A stretch of DNA of 35,804 bases from an uncultured Methanosarcinales archaeon (lineage in GTDB: Archaea > Nanobdellota > Nanobdellia > Woesearchaeales > JAGVZT01): contig CAYLII010000003.1 of assembly GCA_964383645.1 (NCBI GenBank), positions 1 to 35,804 on the forward strand, read 5' to 3'. Below, one piece after another: positions 9,162 to 18,634 of this stretch. Every line of letters begins with the position of its first letter. Positions within the stretch are counted from its first letter, which is position 1. The notes beneath the pieces were generated by a model. The model was not told the DNA's origin. It saw nothing but the letters and a program-made list of their open reading frames with translations, and ran no database searches. Made by a program: the position numbers and the translations under genes.

Positions 9162-9863
9162 ATGCAACAGATTTGCCAAGTGAATCCAACAAGGTACAAT
9201 ATGGAAGAAATACAAAAAAGGCAGGTCGCAATAAAAGTAAGAGTGTCTGATATTCAGGAAGGCACTTATGTAAAGGGAGAAGGCTGGAACCCAAATTATG
9301 TCCTGACAAAAGCGGGCAATAGGATTTCCCGGGTCAACCTTATCGCAGCAATAGTATCTATCCAGCCAGGCACGCCTAACAGCACCTATATCGTTGATGA
9401 TGGGTCAGGCACAATCTCCATACGGCCTTTCGAAGAGCTTTCGTCCCTAGGTGGAGCAGTGATAGGTGATATTATAAATATAATAGGCAAGCCGAGGGAA
9501 TACGGCTCAGAAAGGTATGTCGTTCCGGAGATAGCAAGGGTTATCAGGGATGAGATATGGATAAAGATTAGACAGAAAGAGCTTGAGCAGGAAGATACAC
9601 CAAAAAACGGGCCTGCGAAACCAGCGGCTGAAGCTGAATCTCCAATAGACATAGAATCCATAGAAGAGGTCCAACCTCTTCCTGAAAACCCATTTAAGAA
9701 GATATATCACATAATAAAAACCATGGATTCTGGAGATGGTGCCCCTATTGAGGGCGTAATAAAGGCTGCAGACCTCCATAACACAGAAGAGATAATAGGC
9801 GAGCTCCTGAAGGAAGGCGAGATTTTTGAGATAAAAAGCGGAAGGCTCAAGGTTCTGGAATAG
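9162..9863 (+). CDS. RPA32/Stn1-like OB-fold protein with C-terminal winged helix (ssDNA-binding candidate)
   Basis: The OB-fold pattern VNLIAAIVSI...YIVDDGSGTISIRPFE...GDIINIIGKPREYGSERYVVPEIARVIRDEIWIKIRQKELE matches the RPA32 DBD-D style (DDGTG.I ... G.. ..f.g...i). An acidic linker and a wH-like tail (IEGVIKAADLHNTEEIIGELLKEGEIFEIKSGRLKVL) follow. The gene starts 5 nt after the mcm stop. An alternative start is ATG 9201. Confidence 0.6.
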   Translation: MQQICQVNPTRYNMEEIQKRQVAIKVRVSDIQEGTYVKGEGWNPNYVLTKAGNRISRVNLIAAIVSIQPGTPNSTYIVDDGSGTISIRPFEELSSLGGAVIGDIINIIGKPREYGSERYVVPEIARVIRDEIWIKIRQKELEQEDTPKNGPAKPAAEAESPIDIESIEEVQPLPENPFKKIYHIIKTMDSGDGAPIEGVIKAADLHNTEEIIGELLKEGEIFEIKSGRLKVLE

Positions 9864-9946
9864 ATTGATCAAATTCTTGAATATTTCAACAGATAGTTGG
9901 TGCCTGACGCTTGGCATTTCCTAACATTATACCGCGCCTAGCCTTC

Positions 9947-10861
9947 TTAAAATACAACAGGTGTCACAAAAACCTCTAGAAGCGCAGCCACTATAAGCAG
10001 AAGGAATGAGAGAAGCAGCAGCTCTGACGAATCAAGCACGATATGCTCGAAATTCTTTGTGCCAAAATCATGCCTGATTACTGCAATTGAAATTATCCCC
10101 CCTGCAAGGCCACCCACAAAATATGAAAGGATTTCAGGTATCCCGTGTATTGCATATTTGAGTAGCCCTATCGAAAATATATGGAAATATCCTGCTGCTT
10201 TTGTGAGGTGGGCAGCGTCTGCATATTCGCTAAGCCTAGTCCTCACAAAATTACCTATCGCTACCCCCAGCACAGAAGCGTTCCAAGTGAGGATAAATAT
10301 CGAGCCCACACCGTAAAGGAAAGAAAAAAGGATGCAGAACATGAGCACCTTGAGGTTATTAAAAAATATCTTTCCCAAAAGGCCGAGCTTTGCAGCATTC
10401 CCGGTTATGTTTGAGTTGATGTTCAGGTAGGTCTGGGTCTGGGTGCTGAAAAGGTTCTGGACAGAGGCAGAAGGCAGAAAAATATACCACATTGCAAACG
10501 AGACCGTAAAGCCAAAAAATAGGTACATGAAATAGGTGAGCGCCTTTCCATGCTCTTTTAGAAGGACTATCTCTTTCTGGATTATTGTGTCTTTCTTCTC
10601 TTCAAGTTTGATTGTGCTGTAGATAAGAGGCATGCTCGCTATCACTGTTAGGAAAATCATAACAAGGCTGGCCTCGCTGTAAAATATCCACTGGCTCAGG
10701 AGAATGGCTAGAGAGGTATACAGGATTCCTACAAAAAACATTATATAGGGCCGTTTCTCTGCCTTCTTAGGGCTGGTTATCCACTCTAGAACCATAACCC
10801 TTCTCTTCCTCGGGTAATATATATAGTTTTTGTATGTCTCTGGGAAAGATAGATGTAGCAT
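9947..10861 (-). CDS. SpoIIM-like (DUF95) polytopic membrane protein
   Basis: Several TM helices and a C-proximal HGIPEILSYFVGGLAGG resembling the HGIFE(L/I)PA motif of the SpoIIM family. An alternative start is ATG 10795 (MVLEW...). Confidence 0.6.
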   Translation of the reverse strand: MLHLSFPETYKNYIYYPRKRRVMVLEWITSPKKAEKRPYIMFFVGILYTSLAILLSQWIFYSEASLVMIFLTVIASMPLIYSTIKLEEKKDTIIQKEIVLLKEHGKALTYFMYLFFGFTVSFAMWYIFLPSASVQNLFSTQTQTYLNINSNITGNAAKLGLLGKIFFNNLKVLMFCILFSFLYGVGSIFILTWNASVLGVAIGNFVRTRLSEYADAAHLTKAAGYFHIFSIGLLKYAIHGIPEILSYFVGGLAGGIISIAVIRHDFGTKNFEHIVLDSSELLLLSFLLLIVAALLEVFVTPVVF

Positions 10862-10884
10862 GTTGCTGCCAAGTCCTATTAAGT

Positions 10885-10924
10885 GGGATATGCATATCCC
10901 TAGGTATATCCAGAGGATATAACC
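10885..10924. promoter_or_regulatory. cluster of GGATAT/ATATCC half-sites (two adjacent palindromes) in a divergent promoter
   Basis: A perfect 16-bp palindrome GGGATATGCATATCCC at 10885-10900, followed by TATATCC-aga-GGATATA at 10905-10921. Confidence 0.45.
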
Positions 10925-10941
10925 ACTAGGAAGCTTTAAAA

Positions 10942-11373
10942 ATGAGTATTCGTTCCCCTATAAGCATGGATTACAATCAGCTGCTGGAAAAGGCAAAAAA
11001 AGAACTCCCTGAAAAAAGCGATGCCCATGAGAGATTTGAGGTGCCCAAGGTTAGGGGCCACATACAGGGAAATAAGACCGTAATAAGCAATTTTCCCCAG
11101 ATAGCCTCGGCTATCAATAGGGATGTTGAACATCTTCTCAAATATCTCCTGAAAGAGCTTGCAACTCCAGGAGAGATAAAAAACCAGGTTTTGTTTATAG
11201 GAAGAAAGGTATCTGCAGTAATGATAAATGACAAAATAGACAAGTATGTCAAGGAATTCGTGCTTTGCAAGGAGTGCAAGAAGCCTGATACCAAGCTCCT
11301 GAAAGAAGACAAGATTACATTCGTGAGGTGCCAGGCCTGCGGAGCAAAGCACCCTGTACTGACAAAGATATGA
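10942..11373 (+). CDS. eif2b: translation initiation factor aIF2 beta subunit
   Basis: YNQLLEKAKKELP...RFEVPKV...GNKTVISNF and the C-terminal Zn ribbon CKECKKPDT...CQACGA. Confidence 0.92.
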   Translation: MSIRSPISMDYNQLLEKAKKELPEKSDAHERFEVPKVRGHIQGNKTVISNFPQIASAINRDVEHLLKYLLKELATPGEIKNQVLFIGRKVSAVMINDKIDKYVKEFVLCKECKKPDTKLLKEDKITFVRCQACGAKHPVLTKI

Positions 11374-11424
11374 CGGGGATTTTGGCTATTTCCCTTACAC
11401 AAATTCATTAATGAGGAAAGCCGC

Positions 11425-11715
11425 ATGATCATCAAAAAGCATATCAATGCCAATAGACTCATTCTGGCTATCTGTGACGAGAATCTTCTTGGAAGTACAT
11501 TTGAGGAAGGCGGCAAAAGGCTTGAAGTCAACAGGGTGTTTTATGAAGGCGAAAAAATAAGCGAAGAAGAGATAGTAACCCTTATTGGAAAAGCCTATAT
11601 CATAAACGCAGTTGGAAGGGATTCTGTCGCCTGCTGCGCCAAGGCAGGCCTATGCGATATTGAGAGCATCCCAAAAATCAAAGGAATCCCTTATTTCCAG
11701 GCAGTTCTGTTCTAA
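11425..11715 (+). CDS. DUF424-family protein
   Basis: LILAICDENLLGSTFEEGGKRLEVNRVFYEGEKISEEE...IINAVGRDSV fits my recollection of DUF424. It sits directly downstream of aIF2-beta, a placement I also recall as common for this family. Confidence 0.6.
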   Translation: MIIKKHINANRLILAICDENLLGSTFEEGGKRLEVNRVFYEGEKISEEEIVTLIGKAYIINAVGRDSVACCAKAGLCDIESIPKIKGIPYFQAVLF

Positions 11716-11824
11716 TAAGAGATTTTAGAAAACATCCAACAAATTAAGTTTCTAGTATTCCTATTTTATTATCCTATTTTTAGAATTCTGTTTCTATTTA
11801 GGGTTTATGCACAAAGGCAGGCTG

Positions 11825-14800
11825 TCATCCGAACCATTTGCCAAGCCCTTCCTGCTTCTCCTTCTCTTTTCCGAAGAATGAGTCTATTCTCCTCCCCAAA
11901 AGATCTAGGGTCTGACGTAGGTATGGGTGCACACCATACTTCTCTGCGATACTAATGCTGGGCTCAAGATATTTGATGACAGAGCCCTCTGAGATTGTAA
12001 ATATGATTTTCCCTCCGCACTTCTCGCATTTTCCTCCAAGAGGCGGCCGCCTGTACTTCTCATTGCATTTCCCGCACCGGAATATCTGCATGGAGAATTT
12101 CCTGAGATTTCCCTTAATGTCTTTGAGGAAGTGCTTTTCTATTACTAATGTGGCCACGTCTGTCTGGTCGACTGCTCTGACCTTCTCTGCTATATCCATC
12201 TGCCCCCTTATCTTCTCTTCCATGCTTGGCAGGGTCTTGTATGCAGAGCACCTCACTCCGTTATTTATGTTTGCTGTGTCATGGGTAAAGCCCATTCCTT
12301 CATACTGGCTCTCTTTGTTTATCCTGTCCCTGAGCTGCTCTATCCTGACTTCGCCAGTCTTCTTGTACTGCATTGCGGCTTCGTAGAACTCCAGAGGGTA
12401 CCTCCATACCACATCCAGGCCGAGCGCCATATCATCTACCTCAGAGGGAATCAGCTTGTATGTGAGAACAAGGGGCGAGTCCATCGTCCTTCCACCTCTC
12501 TTATCAGGCAGGAATTTCCTTGAGAAATTAAGGAATGCGTCCATTAGGAGTATGACGCAGCACTCGTCTCCATCACAGTCCCTTCTGAGGGCCGCATGCC
12601 AGAGAGGATGGGCCAGGCATCCTTGCATCTGCGAAAACCCTATTATGCGCCCAATCATGCCTGCAGAAATATGTGGGGCCAGGCCCACAACGAGTGCGCC
12701 AACCATCTCTTTTTCAGACTCTAATTTATAAAAAGGCTCAATTCCATAAAAATTAACTAACTCCTCATCAATAAATTTTGAGACCCTCAATAGGACTGTG
12801 TCGGCTGGCTCGTCAGGCGTGTTTTTGTTTCCGGGAAGTATTATGTCCTGGGGTTTTATCTCCAGAATCTGGCTTTCGTCTGTTAGTTTTTTTCCGTTTA
12901 TGTCCTTTTCATATCCCATTTCCCTGAGCTTCTCGACGCTGGTGCCTATCTCATTCGGCTTGAAATGGGTGATAGCAAGCTCTGACATGTCATACCTAGT
13001 TGTTCCATCCTTATTGACATAGATATCATATTTGGCCCTGAGAATTCCCTTTGCCAAGTGCTCGGGGATATGCCCTGCATTTGAGGTGCCTCTTACTCCT
13101 TTCACCAGATCAGGATAGTTTGTGTAACCCAGCTTGTTGAGAACCTCTTTCAGATAATGCGAGATATCTATACTCCTATTCTTGTAGGGCCTGGCTTTCT
13201 CCCCGCATTTTTCGCAGGCCTCATTCTCAACCATCCCGCATCTCTTGCAATAATAGACACTCTTAATCTGCGACTCGCACATCTCGCACACGTTAAATAT
13301 TGTCTCCTTCCCGCAGTTTCTGCATATGTTTATTGGGAAATCTGCAGTTATGTTGCCAGTGAGCAGCGCTGCCTGTATAGATCTCAGCCTGCCACCCTCA
13401 TCTCCAACAGGAAATAACCCGTGGGGTGAACCTGTAAGAGCCCTCATCTTGGCCTTTTCAGGTCTGCCCATCCTAGCACCTATGAATGTGCCTCCTTTAT
13501 CTCTTATAGGTAAGGGAGATATCATATTTACTATTGAGACTGTATCCTTTCCGGGATTTTCTTTTATTATTGCAGACAGCTCCTCTGTGGATTTTGTGTT
13601 GAGCTGGACATTGAGAGCAAACACCCTTGCCCAATCCCCCTCAATAACCACGAACTCGTTTGATGCGAGGAGATGAGGAATGCCAAGCCTCTCCAGTATC
13701 TGCTTTTTTTCTGGTTCATAAGGCATGATTATCTTGGATACCACTTCATTCTCCCTCATTATTTTGGAGACATCAAGCCAGCCTCTTAGAGAGTGCATCT
13801 CATCAGGTGTTATTGAGTTCCAGAAAAAGGTGAATCTTGGGTGAAGAGGGATTTTAGTAAGAGAAGATATCTTTATGCATACCTCTGCTGTACTGGAATA
13901 GTTTGGCTTCTCAAAAAGAGATTCCACTTCTTTCTCGCTGAGTTCAGCAAATTCAGCCAACTTGGCCCTGTCAAGTGAGCCAAATAATGAAACGGTTGCT
14001 TTCTCAAGCTCAAGAATCCACCATTCATCGCAGTATCCAGGTGGCACAAGCTTGTGATTATTCTCGCTGAAGTCTCCATAGTTGAAAAGGATGTCTCCAA
14101 GGTACAGCAGCTCTTTTACACTCTCCTTGTGAAGATTATATTCCTGCATTGTGTTCAGCCTGACCACATCCCCGCTGGCCAGCTTCACTATAGGCCCATC
14201 TATTGTATCGCAAGTAGTCATTGCTGCTGCCTTTCCGGGTCTTTCCACTTTCAGCTGGGTGCCGAGCGCGATGTAGCTGTTGAGAAGATACTGGGTGATG
14301 GGATGCATCGATGCTGAGGAGAGTCCGCTGACCCTGCTCCGGCCATACCTTAGCCTAAATCCGCCAGCTCTCATTGGATGTGTAAGAACTGGCCTCCCGC
14401 CTACCAAATCCTTGAGGTAGGTGTAATTGGGGGATAGCTTTGCCTCCTGTTTGGAAGTATCTGAAGATTTAGATTTTATCTTAGTCTGAAGTGCAAGAAA
14501 TTCCTCAAGGAACCCCCATTCCAGTCCAAGGTCTTTGCCCCACTGGGAAATCCTCTTCCACACCTTTGGCGCCTTCTGGGTAAGCCCCTCTGCCATCACG
14601 AGACATACTCCTCCCCTGATGAGATTTGTCTCCACCCTTGGAAGGTCTTTATGCTGGGACACCTCCATCTCTTCTGTAGGCTCGCCGCTGACTTCTACTG
14701 GAAGATGCCTTGCCATGAAATCTATCTCTTCGGGGGTAGGAAAATATTGTAGGTTTGTGACGCGCTCATGGTAGTCCATAATCTCTGTCTTGAATCTCGC

Positions 14801-15367
14801 AATCTCTTCCTCATCAGGGTCGTATGTGGAATAGCCCATCTTAATGCGGACATAATCTGTCAAGAGGACTGAGAATGCTGCTGCTGTGCCACCTGCCCCT
14901 CTTATTGGCCCGGCATACAAAGGGGAAAAATATTCCTTTCCATCTCTTCGTTTCTTAATCTCCAGCGAGATGAATCCCTCAAGAGGCGCGGCAACTATTC
15001 CCAGGGTATGGTAGGCAAATCCTGTCCTTATAGCTACCTCCATTGCCTCTTTCTTGTCCTTGAATGTGCAGAATTTCTGCTCTGCCACCTCTACAGACAC
15101 AAGGAGGGCAACTCTCCAGTCTAGGACACCATATTTTCCCTCAAGCTCATGTATCCTTTCGATAAGCCCTTTTCCCACCAGCTGGGGGGCAACGTTTGAG
15201 ATGAGGCCTTCTACCCTCTCTGCCATATTTTTTGCGAGGGGTATGTCTACTTTGGGCTCTGGGTCATACCCTTTTTTTCTCGCTGAGTCTGCTATTTCGT
15301 ACGCCTTTCTCATCTCTTTTTCCAGGCGCTCAAAATATGCACCCATCTCGGGGCTTTCAGTGCTCAT
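11825..15367 (-). CDS. polC: DNA polymerase II (PolD) large subunit DP2
   Basis: 1180 aa. The conserved N-terminus (YFERLEKEMRKAYEIADSARKKGYDP), Zn clusters (CRNCGKE..CEMC, CKRCG..CEKCG, CGKCNEKYRRPPLGGKCEKCGG) and LAPHISAG..DGDE region are characteristic of DP2. No intein-sized insertion is present. Confidence 0.95.
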   Translation of the reverse strand: MSTESPEMGAYFERLEKEMRKAYEIADSARKKGYDPEPKVDIPLAKNMAERVEGLISNVAPQLVGKGLIERIHELEGKYGVLDWRVALLVSVEVAEQKFCTFKDKKEAMEVAIRTGFAYHTLGIVAAPLEGFISLEIKKRRDGKEYFSPLYAGPIRGAGGTAAAFSVLLTDYVRIKMGYSTYDPDEEEIARFKTEIMDYHERVTNLQYFPTPEEIDFMARHLPVEVSGEPTEEMEVSQHKDLPRVETNLIRGGVCLVMAEGLTQKAPKVWKRISQWGKDLGLEWGFLEEFLALQTKIKSKSSDTSKQEAKLSPNYTYLKDLVGGRPVLTHPMRAGGFRLRYGRSRVSGLSSASMHPITQYLLNSYIALGTQLKVERPGKAAAMTTCDTIDGPIVKLASGDVVRLNTMQEYNLHKESVKELLYLGDILFNYGDFSENNHKLVPPGYCDEWWILELEKATVSLFGSLDRAKLAEFAELSEKEVESLFEKPNYSSTAEVCIKISSLTKIPLHPRFTFFWNSITPDEMHSLRGWLDVSKIMRENEVVSKIIMPYEPEKKQILERLGIPHLLASNEFVVIEGDWARVFALNVQLNTKSTEELSAIIKENPGKDTVSIVNMISPLPIRDKGGTFIGARMGRPEKAKMRALTGSPHGLFPVGDEGGRLRSIQAALLTGNITADFPINICRNCGKETIFNVCEMCESQIKSVYYCKRCGMVENEACEKCGEKARPYKNRSIDISHYLKEVLNKLGYTNYPDLVKGVRGTSNAGHIPEHLAKGILRAKYDIYVNKDGTTRYDMSELAITHFKPNEIGTSVEKLREMGYEKDINGKKLTDESQILEIKPQDIILPGNKNTPDEPADTVLLRVSKFIDEELVNFYGIEPFYKLESEKEMVGALVVGLAPHISAGMIGRIIGFSQMQGCLAHPLWHAALRRDCDGDECCVILLMDAFLNFSRKFLPDKRGGRTMDSPLVLTYKLIPSEVDDMALGLDVVWRYPLEFYEAAMQYKKTGEVRIEQLRDRINKESQYEGMGFTHDTANINNGVRCSAYKTLPSMEEKIRGQMDIAEKVRAVDQTDVATLVIEKHFLKDIKGNLRKFSMQIFRCGKCNEKYRRPPLGGKCEKCGGKIIFTISEGSVIKYLEPSISIAEKYGVHPYLRQTLDLLGRRIDSFFGKEKEKQEGLGKWFG

Positions 15368-17043
15368 TTCCCAAACCTCATTATCTTCACTTCTCTGGTG
15401 TTAAAATTTATCACAGGGACTCTTGCCGGCTCAGGATGGATTCCCATCTTCTCCATGAAGCTTGTCTTGGACTGCCAGCAGCTGCCCGAGATCATAGTTA
15501 TATTTTTGTAGTTTGAGACAATGGTCTTGTGGAGATGCCCTGTGAGGAAGAAATCAGGAATCTTTTCTATCACTAGAGGATCTCTTTTTGCATCTGGATT
15601 ATAGATTGTGGATTTGTGAGTGGGTGCAAGATGCCTCCTCTGCAGGAGAAACTGCATTATAAGGTCTGCCCTGTCAACGCCTCCTTTCTGCCGGATGGAT
15701 TCTACATTATCTGAATAATAAGTGAAGCTATATCCATGGTAGAGCAGGAAATCCAGTCCTGAAAAATCTTTGGATGACAAAATATTAACATTGCAGGGAT
15801 TGCTGAGCATGATTGTATTTGGCAGCTTGAATAGAGGCGCAGCGATATCGTCATATAGGGGAGGCTGCGGCTCCTCAATCCTTACGGCATCATGATTTCC
15901 AGGAATAATTATTAGCTTCTTGTCTTTAGGTATCTCTTTTAGATAACCAGCACAGGCCTCATACTGCTCGTATATGTCCTTTATGTTGAGCTCCTTATTC
16001 TGGTCAGGATATACTCCCACCCCATCCACAAGATCTCCCAACATGAATATGTACTTCACTTTTGATGCAAGAGCCCTCTGGCTTTCTGTGCCTATCTCTC
16101 CCTTTATCCAACTTATGCCTTTTTCCAGCTCCTTGTCAAGAAAATTTATTGAACCTACATGTAGGTCTGAAAGGACTATCCCATATACCTCTTCTCTGCC
16201 ATTATATTTCTTAATCTCCTTGAAGAGAGGTATGTCCGGATAGGAGATAGAGTTGGAGAAGACTATCTTATCACCTGTGGTTCCCTTCACACCAATAACC
16301 TCATCTTCGACAAGATCCTTAGCCTGGGCATAAAGTTCAGCATTATTTTTGTTGACAAGCACACTTATAGTGCCTGTCGGATCTTCTAGGGTGAGTCTGA
16401 TATGCTTGTTCTTCATGGTCACCTCTTTGTCTTTGACCATCCCTATAAGGGATATTTCTTCCCTGTCTTTTTTCCCGACTAGCCTGCCTATAGATACTAC
16501 ATTCTGCATATCCCTTCTTGTGGAAAGCATTGTGCTGAGAGATTTATATCTTGCATTAAGATGGCTTATGAAGTCCTGGACCTCGAGTTTTGCCACCACA
16601 TCCCTAAAAAGGTTTTCGTATTTTATCTCCTTTCCTGCTTCCTCTGAGATCTCCTTTCCTGCTTGTTGGGCAGGCTGTTTCATTCCTCCTGCAGGGGATA
16701 ATCTCTGTTTTTTTAGGACCTCCACAAGATTAAGGTAGCCTTCTATCTCTTTTCTTTTCTCATATAAGACCCTCAGCCTGTCAAAATCCCTCCAGTTTAT
16801 CTTATCTGGCTGTACATTAGGAAGCATTCCCAAGATATCTTTATTCATGACAACAAGCGGGAGTTTTGGATCCATAATTCCAAAGTTGAACCCCTGCTCT
16901 AGGGCAGAACCCTCTTCCTCTAAGATGTCGGGGCTGACAAGAATATTTTCTGAGAGGAACGAGTTTACCCATTCCTTAATTTTAGAACTATTCTTCATCT
17001 CCCCCATCACGCACCCTCTGGCCGAGTATGGCCCTAATCTCAT
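15364..17043 (-). CDS. polB: DNA polymerase II (PolD) small subunit DP1
   Basis: An OB region followed by calcineurin-like phosphoesterase motifs (LSDLHVGS, GDLVDGVGVYP, IPGNHDA, LTGHLH). Its stop overlaps the DP2 start (ATGA at 15364-15367). The start may be ATG 17007 or 16998. Confidence 0.93.
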   Translation of the reverse strand: MRLGPYSARGCVMGEMKNSSKIKEWVNSFLSENILVSPDILEEEGSALEQGFNFGIMDPKLPLVVMNKDILGMLPNVQPDKINWRDFDRLRVLYEKRKEIEGYLNLVEVLKKQRLSPAGGMKQPAQQAGKEISEEAGKEIKYENLFRDVVAKLEVQDFISHLNARYKSLSTMLSTRRDMQNVVSIGRLVGKKDREEISLIGMVKDKEVTMKNKHIRLTLEDPTGTISVLVNKNNAELYAQAKDLVEDEVIGVKGTTGDKIVFSNSISYPDIPLFKEIKKYNGREEVYGIVLSDLHVGSINFLDKELEKGISWIKGEIGTESQRALASKVKYIFMLGDLVDGVGVYPDQNKELNIKDIYEQYEACAGYLKEIPKDKKLIIIPGNHDAVRIEEPQPPLYDDIAAPLFKLPNTIMLSNPCNVNILSSKDFSGLDFLLYHGYSFTYYSDNVESIRQKGGVDRADLIMQFLLQRRHLAPTHKSTIYNPDAKRDPLVIEKIPDFFLTGHLHKTIVSNYKNITMISGSCWQSKTSFMEKMGIHPEPARVPVINFNTREVKIMRFGK

Positions 17044-17054
17044 TCTTATTTTAA

Positions 17055-18266
17055 TTAATGCAGGTCCAGATCCTGCTTTAGTATCTCTACCATTTTTGGA
17101 ATCGTAGAATTTGGAACTGCAAGGCTTATCTCCCTTGTCCTGCCATATCTTCCTTTTGAAACAACTTTTGCATGGATTATGCCCTGCATGTCAAGCTCGG
17201 CGATTACATCAGATACTCTTCTTTGCGTGAGCGGCCTCAGGCTGGTTTTTTCGCAAAGCTCTTTGTAATAATCATAAACATCACCTGTGAGAATTGTACC
17301 TTTTTTCTGGTCGCAGGTGGAAAGGATGCTGTAGAGCACCGCCTGTATCTGCTTTGGAAGGGTCTTTACAGCCTCAAGTATCCTATCGCGGTCTATCTTG
17401 TCTTCTGCCTCATCTATATGCTCTGTGCAGACTTGCTTGAGGTTTTTCCTCTCTGCAATCTCACCCGCCACCCTTAGAAGCTCAAGGGCCCGCCTGGCAT
17501 CCCCATGCTCTCTTGCAGCATATGCTGCGCATTTCTCAATCACGCCTGGTCCTATAATCCCTTGCTTGAAAGCAAGATCTTTTCTGTGGGTAAGTATGTC
17601 CTTTATCTGTAATGCATTATAAGGAGGAAATTGCTCCTCTTCTTCGCTTAGAGAGGATTTTATCCTTGGGTCTAGCATCTCTGTGAACTGCAGGTCGTTA
17701 GATATTCCTATGACCGAGACCTGTGCCTGCTTGAGGTCTGAATTGATTCTTATCAGGTTATAGAGCGTGTTGTCGCCGGTCTTTTTCACAAGCTGGTCTA
17801 TCTCGTCAAGAATTATGATTATCAATTGCTTTTGCGAGTCCAAGGAATCATAAAATATCTTATAGACCTCATCAGTAGGGAGTCCTGTGGGGGGGATTGT
17901 CTTTCCCAGCTCTCTGGCGAGCTCTGCTATCATCCTGTATTCTGTATCAGAGATTTTTTTAAGTTTGCAATTGAGATATACCACTTTTAGAGGTATATTC
18001 CTGGTTTTGGCTATCTCTGCTATCTTTGAGGTGGTATATCTTACGCACACAGTCTTTCCTGTCCCTGTCTGGCCATATATAAACAGATTGCTCGGCCTCT
18101 CTAGCTTCAGGCAGGGCGCCAGGATCTCAGCTATCCTTTGTATCTGTTCATCCCTGTGGGGGATATCATTGGGGGTATAGCTACTCTGAAGCACTTTTTT
18201 GTCAAGAAAAAGGGATTCTTTGTCAAGATAATGCTCAAAAAAACCTTCCAACCCCTTTTGAACCAT
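17055..18266 (-). CDS. cdc6: Orc1/Cdc6 origin recognition / initiator protein
   Basis: Walker A GQTGTGKTV, Walker B IIILDEID, sensor region and a C-terminal winged helix (TQRRVSDVIAELDMQGII). Confidence 0.95.
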   Translation of the reverse strand: MVQKGLEGFFEHYLDKESLFLDKKVLQSSYTPNDIPHRDEQIQRIAEILAPCLKLERPSNLFIYGQTGTGKTVCVRYTTSKIAEIAKTRNIPLKVVYLNCKLKKISDTEYRMIAELARELGKTIPPTGLPTDEVYKIFYDSLDSQKQLIIIILDEIDQLVKKTGDNTLYNLIRINSDLKQAQVSVIGISNDLQFTEMLDPRIKSSLSEEEEQFPPYNALQIKDILTHRKDLAFKQGIIGPGVIEKCAAYAAREHGDARRALELLRVAGEIAERKNLKQVCTEHIDEAEDKIDRDRILEAVKTLPKQIQAVLYSILSTCDQKKGTILTGDVYDYYKELCEKTSLRPLTQRRVSDVIAELDMQGIIHAKVVSKGRYGRTREISLAVPNSTIPKMVEILKQDLDLH

Positions 18267-18330
18267 GGATTCCAGAGAATCAGGGCATTATTTAAGGATT
18301 TTCGTTATTTGAAATATATGTTTAGGACCC

Positions 18331-18360
18331 ACACCCCCACACCTTGAATTCGCATGGAAA
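18331..18360 (-). repeat. ORB-like origin recognition box, left copy (reads on minus strand)
   Basis: The reverse complement, TTTCCATGCGAATTCAAGGTGTGGGGGTGT, aligns with 18605-18634 at about 23 of 30 positions. The shared core is GAAnTCAAGGTnnGGGGGTGT, which includes a G-string. Confidence 0.7.
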
Positions 18361-18420
18361 TAGGTTCTGGTAGCAAAGAGGGACGATTTAGCACACTATA
18401 AGGTTTTTGAAGCCTAAACC

Positions 18421-18570
18421 ATCTTTAAAATTATTGCCTATTTAATTTTTCTTTATTTTTCATATATATTATATATTATTTCAATATAGATAATAATAAT
18501 AATATAATAAGAACTAAAAAAATAAAAACAGATAGAAAACTACTAAAATACAAAAACAATATAAGAATTA
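18421..18570. other. AT-rich duplex-unwinding-element candidate of oriC
   Basis: Almost pure A/T tract (ttaaaattattgcc...atataataagaactaaaaaaataaaaac...) lying between the inverted ORB-like boxes and adjacent to orc1/cdc6. Confidence 0.65.
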
Positions 18571-18604
18571 CCATTGGAATGCACAAGAAATCAAGTATAA
18601 AATA

Positions 18605-18634
18605 GTTCTATAGGAAATCAAGGTCAGGGGGTGT
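18605..18634 (+). repeat. ORB-like origin recognition box, right copy
   Basis: GTTCTATAGGAAATCAAGGTCAGGGGGTGT is inverted relative to 18331-18360. A partial third copy of the core (GAAATCAAGT) lies at 18588-18597. Confidence 0.7.

Noticed and set aside
10977-11531. 184-aa minus-strand ORF, plus the 138-aa ORF at 10936..11352
   Set aside because: Both are antisense to the aIF2-beta and DUF424 genes, which have clear family motifs.
7091-17043. Inteins in MCM, PolD DP2/DP1 or RFC
   Set aside because: The protein lengths (about 690, 1180, 559 and 336 aa) and the uninterrupted catalytic motifs leave no room for an intein-sized insertion.
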